From the NCBI GenBank assembly GCA_032718475.1, contig JAUCBJ010005881.1, positions 1 to 64,000 of the forward strand: a stretch of DNA of 64,000 bases. Reading direction: 5' to 3'. This DNA comes from Nemertoderma westbladi. Taxonomy: Eukaryota; Animalia; Xenacoelomorpha. Made by a program: the position numbers and the translations under genes. Shown piece after piece: positions 35,601 through 48,415 of this stretch (positions are counted from its first letter, which is position 1; each line of letters begins with the position of its first letter). The notes below the pieces were generated by a model. The model worked only from the letters and a program-made list of their open reading frames with translations. It was not told the origin of the DNA and ran no database searches.

Positions 35601-38600
35601 AATTACAGCTTCTAAAACAGTCCAGAGAGAAGACACCGGAAAACAAGGTAAGTGAGAAACCCGTTTCTAGGAGAAAGGTAACACCAGTGTGTTATACAGA
35701 CGACTGCGAAAGCCAAACTTCTCAAGGAGAGGATAGCGGGAAAGACACTGAAAGATCTTATTATGTCAATAAAATGCCTAAAGAACAGGTAAGTAAATTC
35801 AAGTCTCGAACCAATGACAGGAGAGAACAGGTAAGAAAAACTCCTCCTACGTCTCCTAAGAGAATTCAGGTGAGAAAGCCGAAGAAAGAACGAGTGTGCA
35901 CAATGTTATTCAAAATAAGGTAAGTAACATCAAACCGAAATGTGCGCTATGTGACGGGACCCACCGTTTGAATATGTGTGATGAATTCCTGAAGAAATCA
36001 TTAACGGAGAGACGGGAAGTCATGTGGGATAAGCGGTTGTGTTATAATTGCCTCAGACAAGGACACCAACGGCGAACCTGTTACTCCGACACAAGGTGTG
36101 CAAAGTGCGGTGCGAAACATCATATCTTGTTGCACACTGAATTTGAGCGAAACAGCCAGAGTCAGGTAAGTGATTCCGAACTACATGTCCAATTCAGTGA
36201 TGTGAACGACACTGACCAAAGTTCTGAGATGGAAGGATTCTATACAGATGAATTCTCCGACGAAGGTGAATCCTGTTACATGATAAATACCGCAGTGTAT
36301 CGAGCACTTACGTATGAAAAAGACACAGACAGCGACCTCACCCTAACTACTTCTGATCGACGACCATCTTGGAAAGCGCCACCTTACAATGTAGGAATCC
36401 GAGAATTTCCTGTAGTACAGGTAAGGGTCCACGGACCTAAAAGGAGTTATGTAGTGAACGCCCTCCTTGACTCCGGTAGTACAGGAACATTCATAGAAAA
36501 AGAACTAGCTGAAGACATCTTTGCTGGACAACCCAAGTTCAGAACTAAGCTAAACATGTCAGGAATTATGCAGGTTTGGAAATCTACAGTAATAGCGGAT
36601 TATTATGTAGGTGCGTTGTCCACCCCCCAGGATGAACTAGGAGAACATAGTATAAGGTCCGTAAAAATGGTGGCGATAAAGAACTTCGCTACCACCCAAG
36701 TGGAACCTTATAACTGGGATGAGGACGATTTCACCCAGCAGCTGGAAATACCTAGATTCAACACCGATTACCCTGGAGTGCAAATACTCATCGGTCAAAA
36801 CGCGCATGAAGCGCTCGAGACATTGGAGAAACGGCCCGCTCAACCGCAACCACTACAAGCTTATGCGGGAAGAACTAGAGTGGGTTGGTACTTTACTGGC
36901 CCTTCCCGTAGAACTCTCATGGAAAGATTACCGAAAGACCAGGTATATCAAGTAAGAGAATGGGAAGTCGAGGGCAGTGAGTTAGACGATCCAACTGAGG
37001 GAACACCATACTCCTCAGATAATGACGATGTCCACCAACTTTTCGATGAGGAGAATACCATCGATCTCCTTGAGGAAAACGAGACTTGGCAAAACCAAGG
37101 GAACTTATGTCAGCTCCTTCTTCCATCAGAACGAGACGACTATAACGACGAGCTTAATGACGTCATTGAACGTTGTAATGCCAAGACTCGGGATGAACAC
37201 GCCGTACGATTCTTTACTCAAGAGGCTGTAGAGCCCAATTCCTACGACAAGGCCCTATCGGTAGAGGAAGAAAGAGCCAAGCAGATCCAAGAGACAACTA
37301 CACGTTTTCTTAAAGATCAAGGTAGATATGAGATCGGTCTACCTTTCCGAAAGCGAGAACCAAAGTTCGTAAACAACAGACCCTTGGCGGAGAAAAGAAT
37401 TGCTCAACTACATCGACGCCTTACGGCAAATTCTTCAGCTAAAGAAATGTATCAAACGCAGTTGGAGAAATTTATTAGTAAGGGATATGTGGAGCTAGTA
37501 CCGGAAGAAACACTTATAACTGAGAGAACGTATTATTTAACTCACCATTACGTTCCCAAACCCGGTAAACCCCATGAGGTACGAGTGGTGTTTGACGGCT
37601 CCGCCCTCTATATGGGCCAATCCCTTAATTCTGAATTGTTACCCGGACTCAACTTACTCCAATCCTTGTTGGGAATACTCTTAAGATTAAGACAATATTC
37701 AATCGCTTTCGCCTCAGATATAGAAGGCATGTTCTTACAAGTCAAGGCGCTGGATAGGGATCGAGATAGCCTACGATTTCTGTGGTGGCCTGAAGGAGAC
37801 CTCAACCAGAAACCGGTGGAGTACTGGATGACCATCCAGGCTTTTGGGATAATCTCAAGCCCTTCAAACGCCTGTTCAGTGGTGCGTACCACTGCGGATG
37901 ACAACCGAGATGCCTTCTCTAAAGAGGTGATTGACAACATCAAGCGGGATATATACATGGATGACAATCTAAAGTCCCTTCCATCAGTCGAAGAAGCCAT
38001 TGATGTCGCTAAAGGAACGGTAGAGTGCTTAAAAATAGGTGGATTTCGATTAACTAAATTCACCAGCAACTCCCGTGAGTTTCTGGAGTCGATCCCGGTA
38101 GAAGATCGAGGAGCGAAAGACCTGGATCTAATAAAAGATGATCTCCCAGAAACTAAGACCCTTGGTTTGAAATGGGACACAGAAAGAGATATCCTGTTTT
38201 TCCAACTAAAACAGCGAGATAATCCAGTTCGGACTAAACGTATTTGTTTAAGTATCCTGAGCACTTATTTCGATCCATTGGGATTTATTAGCCCAGTTAT
38301 ATTGATTGCTCGGAGTTTAGTACAACAAATGTGGCTTGAAAACCACTCATGGGACGATCCACTTAAGGGAGAATTGTTAAAGAAGTGGATGAAATGGGAA
38401 GATTCTCTACCAGCCATCGAGAACTTTATAATTTCCCGTTCATATTTTGGTCATGTTCTCCCTACGTATTCCTATCAACTCCATGTGTTTGGAGACGCCA
38501 GCAATATCGGAATAGGTATAGTAGCCTACCTAAGGGTGGAAACTCCGGACGGAATCAAAGTTGCCTTGGTTACCTCTAAGGCATTAATAAACAATAAGTT

Positions 38601-40857
38601 GAAAGTTCCTCGAGCGGATTTAAAAGCGGCTCTATACGCTACAGCCATCGGCCGGAATGTAACAGAACAGATCGACTATCCACTGGAGAAAACTGTCTAT
38701 TGGACCGACGCTTTGCTCGTGTTGGAGTATATAACCAATGAAGTCTGTCAGTTCAGCGTCTTCGTTACCAACAGAGTAGCCATTATACTCAGTCGCACAA
38801 CGATGGATCAATGGAGACATTGCCCCGGAACGATTAATCCAGCAGACATCGCTTCCAGGGGAGCAACTCCACAAGAACTGGTTGATACTCCAGACTGGCT
38901 AGGTGGACCCGACTTCCTCTACAAAGAAGAAGAAGAATGGCCTCCTCATCTTACTACCACAGAGATTAGACAAGCCAAGGGAGTGGAGAAAGTCAAACCT
39001 AAAACTCAGGCGAGTAAATCGAAGTTATTCAAACCTATGGTAGATCTGTCTGTACTACATACTTCCGGAGACGACGCCTTGGATCAGAAACCCACAGCCA
39101 CAAATAAACTTGTTGTGGAAATCCGTGAGAAGGATTGGACATCTGGAATACCAGACGCCTCGCAAGGACTCTCACCTCTCCTGCAGAGAGCGATACATCA
39201 CTACAGTTCCTGGAATCGGCTCTGTAAGGCCGTTACATATTTAAAAAGATGTTTTCACCATCACTACTCCGGGATGAAGACCAAAAGTGATACCGCTCCA
39301 ATAACATCGGTGCAGGTCCATGTTATTAAAGATCTTCCCAAATATAAGATATCCGACAGGTTTCTGAAGGAGAAGATCAGTTATCAGGAGCATGAAGAAA
39401 CCAACAAGCAGATGCTGAGACTCCTGCAATGCTATGAGGATTCCGATAAGTATTTCCTGTTGTTGAGAAATCCGCAGATGCACTTAAGGGATCGTTTCTC
39501 TAGCACAATGATAGATGGGTTGATACGTGTTGGAGGAAGATTAACGAATGCTCCATTATCCTTTGACACTAAGTTTCCCATACTCATTAGAAATCTTGAA
39601 ATACAAGTCAAGATGATTGTAGACGTTCACAGCAAACTTTATCATGCTGGTAGGGAATGAGTTCTTAGCGAAATTCGAACTTGCTATTATTTTTATAAAC
39701 CCCGTAGAGCTCTGAACCAAGTTCTTAGGAACTGCATACCCTGTAGGAAAGCATTCAGTAGGCCTTTAACACAGCGAGAGGCAGAATTACCTAGGGAACG
39801 AGTAAGCTTCTATGAACCACCCTTTACTAATACCGGTGTGGATTTATTTGGCCCTATTGAAGTATATCGTGCTAGGACTATAGTCAAGAGATGGTGTGTC
39901 ATCTTTGTTTGTATGACTTGTAGAGCTATCCATCTCGACAGGGTGAACGATTTATCTACCAACAGCTTTCTATTAAGCTTACGACGACAGATCGCTCGCT
40001 TTGGCACTAGTAACACGATGAGATCTGATAAGGGAACAAACTTCATTGGTGCCAACAATGAAATCAAAGCTTACGTCAAAGATTGGAACCAAAGACAGGT
40101 GGACGATCAGCTACGAGTAACAGCGTCTAGCTGGACCTTCAACGCCGCCGACGCCCCTTGGTGGGGAGGAAGTTGGGAGAGATTAATAAGAAGTGTGAAA
40201 ACCGCATTTCACTTTATAGTGCCGTGCCGCGCGTATCTCACCGACGAACTTTTGCGGACGTTAATGGAGGAAATCGCCGCCTATCTCAACGAGAGACCGC
40301 TTATGCCAGTCTCATCGAGTCCCGATTCCCTGGAAGCGCTAACACCCGCGCATTTCCTACTGAAGAAACCTGTAGCCATGCTCCCACAATCGGAAATCAC
40401 AGACGGAGACGAATACTGCCGGCAAACTTGGCAACTCATGCAGTTGTTATCCCGTCGTTTCGCTGACCATTTCGAAAAACATTATCTGCCCACGCTACAA
40501 CTTCGAACTAAGTGGTTTGCGCAGCAAGAAAACGTCAGCGCTGGAGACATGGTTCTTATTGTGGATGTAGATCTTCCACGTAAGCGGTGGCAGACAGGTC
40601 GTATCATCGAGACTCACATCTCGGATGACGGTTTGGTGCGATCGGTAGAACTCGTCGTCATGCGACGTAACTTCAAGAAACCGGGAATTGTCTTCGAGAC
40701 ACAGCAGCTCAATCGCCCAGTTGGTCGCTTATGTTTACTGGAAAGGGACAGAGAACTCTCCGGAAACTATGGGAGGCAAGATACTCTTCCCACGACCACC
40801 TCCCTAATCCAACAAACATCTAGGGACTATAAATTTTATTATAATCGTTTTCTTTAA
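32651..40857 (+). pseudogene. Element 2 gag-pol (Gag-PR-RT-RNaseH-IN), disrupted
   Basis: Gag frame 32651-35923 has stops at 32891, 33077 and 35213, then a frame change near 35900; CALC/CYNC/CAKC knuckles, ALLDSGS protease, RVVFDGS, DIEGMFLQV, YMDD RT, HVFGDAS/YWTD/NPADIASRG RNase H; stop at 39658, then in-frame integrase (DLFGP, SDKGTNF, GGSWERL). Confidence 0.93.
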
Positions 40858-42410
40858 TTTTACTTAGTAGAACGTTATTTTAGCGATTATTTAGTAGATT
40901 AGTGCAATATATATTCGGGTTTATTACTTAATTACTTATATATTATATATTTAGTGCGACGGCGAGAAATAATTATTTTTCTCTTTCCTTACTGTCCGTA
41001 TTACATTACAAATACGTAATTACAGTAAGATGAAATGTCCGTACTTATTAAAGTACAATAAAGCTCCTACTATATTCAAGTATTATTGGTAAAGTAGAGT
41101 ATTAGGAATGCAAAATTCAGATCCTCGTGTCTCGGCTAAACCAAGCTCTGGGTAGACCTTGGAAACGACTTGCCTCTTCTCACTGACATTGCTTCGTGCG
41201 ATATTGCTCTCATACCGTATAGTAAATAATACATATAGTAGCGTGATGTCCTTTTAACAGTAGCGTATAACGCAAAATAAATCTGTTAAACCCTTTGACC
41301 ATCTGTAATTCTAGTCGATTAAGATATCGCGGCACCCACCGATATACTTGAAAGACAAATTCTAGAATCAGTGGTTAACGTCCCCAGACAAGTTCTGGAA
41401 TAAACTGGTGCCCATCCTAAATATTAATTATTAATATTTATAAAATCTGTCGAAATTGTAGATCCTTTAAAATTCTAGTCGATTAAGATATCGTAGCACT
41501 TACCGATACTCTTAAAAGGTCAAAATTCCTAGAATCAAGGATCCCAGTCCCCAGACACGTTCTGGAATAAAATTGTGTCTATTTAACATTAAATAATAAA
41601 ATTTACGGGAATAAATTTAAATTCATATATTTCAATGAATTTAATAAATTGTCATTTTATACAATTTATAACATTCCCAAAATTCCATTAATTAATAGAT
41701 CATGGGAGCGGAGATTCACTCTATTAAGTGTATTTGTGTGCGAGAATCTCCAATATATAGTCAATAGCCGATAAAATTCATAAAATCATATATAGAGAGG
41801 ATATTGACAATTAAAGAATTACTATTAAATAGCATCCCAGATCTGTATGCATGAGAATTACCCTAATTCTACCGCTAGCTTTCCATAATGTCACCATGGC
41901 AACAACCACGCTAGAATTAGAAGTGAGTTAAAAGAACAATAAAGGCTTGCCCCATTGAATAGCATAAGGAATAAAATAGCACATTGCTAGTATCCCAGGA
42001 TACCCAATAATAACGTGGCATTCTGGAAGGCACTGACTAAAGGACAAATGGCCCGAATATGTGCGGTTTGTGACAGTTGTGTGGAATTTGTGCGTTTATA
42101 GGTGAATGTTACTACTAAAGTGTGTTTACAGTAGCGAGTCGCAATTGTGAAAGTAGCCCTAACTCTCCAGTAAGAACCTGAAGTATATCTAAGCCTTTGG
42201 GACGGACGGTGGAGTGACTCGTGCTGGTTGTTGTGGTCGTTGTGCAGCTACGACGTTGGCGATAGGCACATCGGCGAAAGTACACCAGCGCTGAAGATCT
42301 TACACTGTCCGGGGGCAAAAGAGGGGTAGGCAGCGACGCCCGCTAGCCTAATATATAAACTCATTATAATATTGATAAACTCATAGCAGATATGACTGAG
42401 TTGATAGAAG

Positions 42411-45400
42411 ATGATCTTGGTATCAGGGAGCGATACTCTACCTTTACAAGCGTTTGTCGATAGCTTGATACGCGGCGACGCTGGTCCAACTACTACGGAG
42501 GATGATGGTCATTATATCGAACCACCAATGTCCCCGGAGCAACTTACGCGTGAATTGGATTATAGAAAGTTCACCGCTCGCTATACGCATCGTAATGGTA
42601 CGTATATGGACTTCTTAACTACTGGCCATCCTATCGATTTACACGATACGGACGACGTAGACACCGAAAGGGAAATGGTTTTATTTAAATATCATACCCA
42701 GCGGAGTCGGAACGATAAACCGAGAATAGAACACGAGAACTCTATTCGAAACAGACTCGAAAGGGAAGACGTTGAAGAGCCGGATAAACGCAGCGACTTC
42801 AACGATTATCTGGAATTCCTGAGAGAGACATACCTCAATATTGCCAGTCAACAAAATCTCGAAACTCGATATCCTCAAGGTATACATCATGACCCTATGA
42901 TAGAACTCAAACGACTCTCTTTCACTATGATGTATCTCACCGCCGATCGACCGCTACCTGTCGTCCCAGATAGCTTCGAACAGATGGAGGAATATTGTAA
43001 AACTGGAGAACGATCACCCGCGTTTCCCCTGCAGGACGTGCGTCTTTGGTATTACTGCGACGAGTGCCCTAGACCCAATCAGCAAACGGAAAGACATAAA
43101 CATCCGCGGAGACGTTGCGCTAAACACAGTTTTACACGATATACTTATGGGAGTTTCGAGCGAAACCTGTTCGACGTATCCCCTACGGTTGCTCGACTCA
43201 AACGATCCTTGAACAAACCAATGATCAGAGTTCCGGAATACTCGGTCAGACCTCCTCATTCCTCAGTTAGACCTCAGACTCTTGATCCTAATAGTATCAC
43301 GGATCCTCCCGAACTGTATTCGCTGTTCAAAGATCTAGTGTTACCCGAACAGTTGATCGGTGGCACTCCGGTAGTAGGCTCACTAGATATTCGCCAACCC
43401 TACCTAACTGGATTGGGACGCGGTCATCTAATATCGCCGTTTAACCCACACAACCGTCCCGGCTTCACCTCGATACAACCCGTTACGGAAGTCGAAGAGA
43501 GCGTCGTACGAAATGCGTTAGACGCTATTCGGCAGAAAATTGGAAAGGGAACTTACGATTGTTTGGAGAAACGTAAATTGCAACAACAAGTCCAAGCGGT
43601 GAAGGAATTAGCTTTACCCCAGTTCGAAAGAGAAATACAAAATCTCGAGGAGGACATCGAATGTGGACGAACCCACTCTTTACAAGAGTTCCTAGATGAG
43701 CGTCTACAACAACAAGCGGATGAAAATCAGCTCGAGGAGAGACATATAGAAATGGATGAGAGAGAAGAAGCAGCTTTAGCTCAACCCGAAGCTCAAATCC
43801 TTATGACGGATCTCTACTCTAAAACCATCCTTCATCCCTCGATGGTTCCCAATTTTGGAGACAAACTCTTTGCGACGGTACAACCCCAACCGGTTGATAT
43901 CAACCTAAGATCTCGAGATCTTATCGCTGACGCTCCCATGTTGCAACGTCCGCCCATCGAAGCCGCTCGTGTCGATGGTATACTCGTTGAACCTCCGGAC
44001 AATAGAGTGGATCTTGTCCGTCGCATGGTACACGATGTAAACATACGCGCTAGACCTTTACCGGACTCGTTTTATGGGATCAAAGATCACCCTTATTACG
44101 TCAACCTAACACAATATTACATGGTAAAACCGGAAGATCCTACACATAGTCTGAGGTTTCTGCCTCTCATAAATCCTCTCGATCTTGTCGAACTCGAACA
44201 ACTGCATAAACATCTGGATCAGTTAGTTAAGATAAACTCATTTCGAAAACCATACAATGTTTCCAGAATAGAGAAAGAAACAATACCTCCGTATAATCTT
44301 GATGGATTCATCAAAACTCGTTTAGTACACTGGAATCTTGACGTGTTATTCGAGGAAGAAAGAATACAACGATATGGAGATGTGGAAACATATACCACAC
44401 AATATTTAAAGTATAGAGACCTACCTAATGCTAGCGAATGCGCTACCTTGTGGCATCCTGTGGGAATGACCCTCGAAAACGCCACTAAAGAGTGGAATGA
44501 GACTCTTAACGTTATCGAGATGTATGGAGTTGTCACCTACGACAACGAAGGTAGCGTTCCGGTTGGAGAACTGGGAACTACGCGGATGATACACATATGA
44601 GGACTCGCTGGTTCTGCCCACGTATTTACTCGAGCGTGTTCCGATGTGATTGATTATTCTTTTGAAACTCTTACTGAGACACAAAGAGACTCCGACATGG
44701 ACAATTCGAGCTCGCGCAGCGTTACGTCGCCGACACCAAGCGCAAACCGGCCATGGGTATCGATGGATCGATGTTACCCCAGCCCGTGCTCGAGATGTTG
44801 TTTAACGAAAGAATCCTTAAAATCGGCTCAGCTGTTTATGGAGATCTACAAAACGACTTTCGGAATATGGAGAACATTCCATACCCTTTCGTGGATACTC
44901 AGCTGATTGCTCCCTGGGCAGAAGGCCGAGGTTTCTTCTGCACTATGTATGCCAATACACCCAGCGGCATTACTAAAGTACAACGAACCTCCATCGGACA
45001 TCTTGCCTTTCAAGAATACGGATGGAATTTCAAGGTTGGAAATCCTAAAAATTACCAACAAGTATATGGAGATCATTATTCTCGTTTATACTTTGATGGA
45101 CCATTGACCGCACCTGGCGCCGTGTATAGCTTTATGAGTGTTCCACTTCGTCCCTCCTTAGCTATATACACGATCTTTGAAAACGCAGCACTTGCCGGTT
45201 GGCTAGCCGATGTGTGCAGTCGTACCATACGCGCCCATCCCTTAATACTTGGAACCAAACTCGCCAAGTTAGATGAACACAATAAATTCATCCGCTTCGA
45301 ATGTTTCAGGCGCTTTCTGACTCCGTTCCATAACGTTGATAGTCAGTTCAAGGACCGCGCTCTGACCAAACTCAGCCTAAGAGACTCAGCTGCGGAGAAG

Positions 45401-46641
45401 CTAAACAGCGCGGGATTTGCCCTCTTTCAGGACGTTTGTATACAGAACTTACATTCATCTGTTATACAAAGACCCCGAATACCCACGGGTTATTCTGTCG
45501 TGGAAGTTCAGACAGTGGGTCCGCTTGCGGAGACAGCCGCACCTACCTCAGCTATGCAATTGGAAGACGAACCAATCTGCTTAGAGTCTGAAGCGATCCA
45601 GCCTACAGCGCCCCGGAGCAGCGATAACGATTACGTCTTGGAGTGGTATCAAGGTCCACAATGTCTCACCGCATACGATTATCGACACGCCAACTATGTT
45701 TCTCGAAAACGTTGCCGATTATGCGCATCGAGAGACCATTTCACCCCTATGGACTCAGACGTACCCTGCTCCTATTTCCACGAACAACCGATGATGGAGA
45801 TCTATTGTGCGTATTGCAGACTTAATAACTCGCATATTTTTGCAGTCTGCCCCCAATTTATGACCCAATGCCACCACTGTCAACTTAAAGGACATGCCAG
45901 TTATAATTGCCCCTTTAACCGCGATTTAGAAAGCGTAGATGAGATGATTACCCTGCGCTACATCCGAGCTTGGGAAGCGAACGCGGATTTACATTGTGAG
46001 TCACGCCATCGCTACTACCCTGGACGCTCTTACGAGGGAGTTTACGCATTCCATCCTTATTTATTCGCGTCTGTGGAACAAAAAACACGCACACCGAGTT
46101 ACGAACTAATGAAGCGTGTTGGTGAGTGTATTTCAACCAAATTTGTTCGAAAATATCTTAGGAACGTCAATCCTAACGATATTACTTCATATCATTTGAT
46201 CAATTTCATCCGTCAAGACCCTGAGTATGGCGATTTATTTATCAACTCGCACCCTGAGTTACAGGAAGTATCTCGACGGCCCTACGAATATCGAGCCCGA
46301 GAACGCGAGCTGGAAAGAACCATTAAACCAAGAAGTTTCTCACCACTCACGGTCCGCCTACCGCCATTGTCCAGACGACCCGTCAAGGACCCGTAGGAGC
46401 TGCTGTCCTAAGACACGCCCTAAAGGCTGTTAGACCTCGCTCCACTGAAATTGATATCGATCAACCAGGTACCTCGACCGGCGGATACAGCGATCGTAAT
46501 CCTAAACCTTCTGATGCAATTGTATTGCACCCTTCACCCAGGAGCTACAGCCCTCCTAGTAAAGTGGCTCGCCCCAAAGAGAAAAGGACTCTTGCTAACC
46601 TCAAAAAACTGCGTAAACGCCGTCCGCGTAAGAAAGACTAA
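42411..46641 (+). pseudogene. Element 2 accessory ORF: unknown N-terminal region, DEDDy 3'-5' exonuclease-like domain, triple zinc knuckle and basic tail (broken into pieces)
   Basis: 729-aa ORF ends ...YGVVTYDNEG (ExoI-like) at TGA 44598; the 547-aa ORF has LPQPVLEMLFNERILKIG...GD (ExoII-like), FVDTQ, SIGHLA and PLRPSLAIYTIFENA (ExoIII-like), then knuckles; a third frame (46327-46641) ends KKLRKRRPRKKD*. Confidence 0.7.
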
Positions 46642-46719
46642 CTGTTTAGAGTATTTTTATATTTTAGAAACTGTGATTGGTTATATTTTATAGACTTAAA
46701 TCCCATTTTCTGGGTGCGG

Positions 46720-47899
46720 TGTAAAGGCTTTTGCGGAATTAGCCGGTTATTTTCCTGGTAAAGTACTCTGTAGTTGGTTTAACAGGCATAAAAGGCCGTG
46801 TCCTTACTGTACTGGTGTTTTAGAGGACATAAAAGTCATTTCTTCTTTATGTGTACTTTAGCGGACATAATTCGCAATTTTATGACGCAATGCGCCAAAT
46901 TCTCTGTAAACAGTGTAGCTACCATGACGACGGCTAACAGCTGATGCTGTACACGTGGAGCCTTTTCTTTGTTCTCTGTTCCTTCTTTGTTCGGTCAACC
47001 AATCAGAGCGTTTTTGCCTCTGTGTTAGAGATTGTATATAGAAACTCGTGGAGTTGAGTCAGTATGTGATTTTGTCCACAGCCTACAACACCGGCTTTGG
47101 AACCTCCGTGTTTCAGTCTTTAGCCCAACATTAGTAGGCTTAATTATAGAACGTATATCTGTTATCAATCCAAACTCAATAATCATAACTTACTCACTCA
47201 CTCATAACTTAACAAACCATTCATAACTTAACATTTTACTGCTTTTACTGTCGGTTATTCATTATATTTGTTGATGGAATATTATATTTGGAATACTGAT
47301 AAATAATCAGACACCCCAATCTTCTTGATATACTAAAGGTTAGTGAGACCGGTTACATATAACGATTGCGACTTACATTAAGTGGTTTGAAGTGAATCTA
47401 ATGCTATTTTATAGGCCCTACATGTATTGTCTGTTGTTCTCCTTATATGTGACTAAAATTAATGAAGGTCGGCAGATCAGTGTGTAGCATTGTGCAGTAT
47501 TGTGTATGATTGTGATTGATAACAAAGCATCTCCTAAAGAATGCGCCATATACGTGAATCTATAGCCATCCCGTTGTGTCTAGTTTAAGTCATAACTCTG
47601 TTTATATATTTAAAGCGCCACGTCCTAAAGGAACTGTTAATATTTCCCGAAAGTGAATAATATTTGTCAGAGATTATATATATTACGATCAGTCGAATAA
47701 TACAGTAGGCCTACCCCGCAATACGGTTAGGCTTCCGAATCCAGTCTCCCGGGTATATCCAGCGGGTGAATGATCGCGCATAGACTGGCTTCGGCTAATG
47801 TAGTGTATCAAATACTTGTCATAGGCTAAAGACGATCTATCATCTAAAAGACATCCCAATTTGGCAGGTTAAACTGCTAAAGGTCTGAAAGCGCGAACA
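46720..47899 (+). repeat. Element 2 3' LTR (1180 bp)
   Basis: Direct repeat of 29288-30467; preceded by GGGTGCGG; followed by TSD AAACG. Confidence 0.96.
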
Positions 47900-48316
47900 A
47901 AACGTTTACATAACGACTGTGGGATAGTTAACTAAACGTTTACATAACGGCTGTGAGATAGTTAACTAAACGTTTACATAACGGCTGTGGGATAGTTAAC
48001 TAAACGTTTACATAACGGCTGTGAGATTGTTAACTAAACTATTACATAACGGCTGTGAGATAGTTAACTAAACGTTTACATAACGGCTGTGGGATAGTTA
48101 AATAAACGTTTACATAACGGCTGTGAGATAGATAACTAAACGTTTACATAACGGCTGTGGGATAGTTAACTAAACGTTTACATAACGGCTGTGGGATAGT
48201 TAACTAAACGTTTACATAACGGCTGTGAGATTGTTAACTAAACTATTACATAACGGCTGTGAGATAGTTAACTAAACGTTTACATAACGGCTGTGGGATA
48301 GTTAACTAAACTAAAC
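47900..48316. repeat. 32-bp satellite, right part
   Basis: Same unit as 13500-14789, in register after removing both elements and their TSDs. Confidence 0.95.
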
Positions 48317-48415
48317 GTCTGAACCAGCGTAAGGCCCAACTTTGTCCCAGTGGTTAAATCCGTTGCTTAGATTTCACATCTCTCCGGCTGGGTTCGATCC
48401 AAGCATGAGTTTTCG

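Larger units (their letters stand above)
29288..47899 (+). mobile_element. BEL/Pao LTR retrotransposon, element 2 (18.6 kb; full gag-pol plus large accessory ORF)
   Basis: 1180-bp TG...CA LTRs, 5-bp TSD AAACG (29283-29287, 47900-47904), Gag-PR-RT-RH-IN order with Pao motifs. Confidence 0.96.

Noticed and set aside
41117-41145. AGA-TCCTCGTG-TCT resembling HDV ribozyme P3/L3
   Set aside because: No compatible P1 or P1.1 GG found next to it.
32891-44600. Recurrent in-frame stops in element 2 as programmed readthrough or an alternative genetic code
   Set aside because: Mixed TAA/TGA stops plus frameshifts, in numbers roughly compatible with ~1% post-insertion decay; element 1 and the RTE read through with the standard code.
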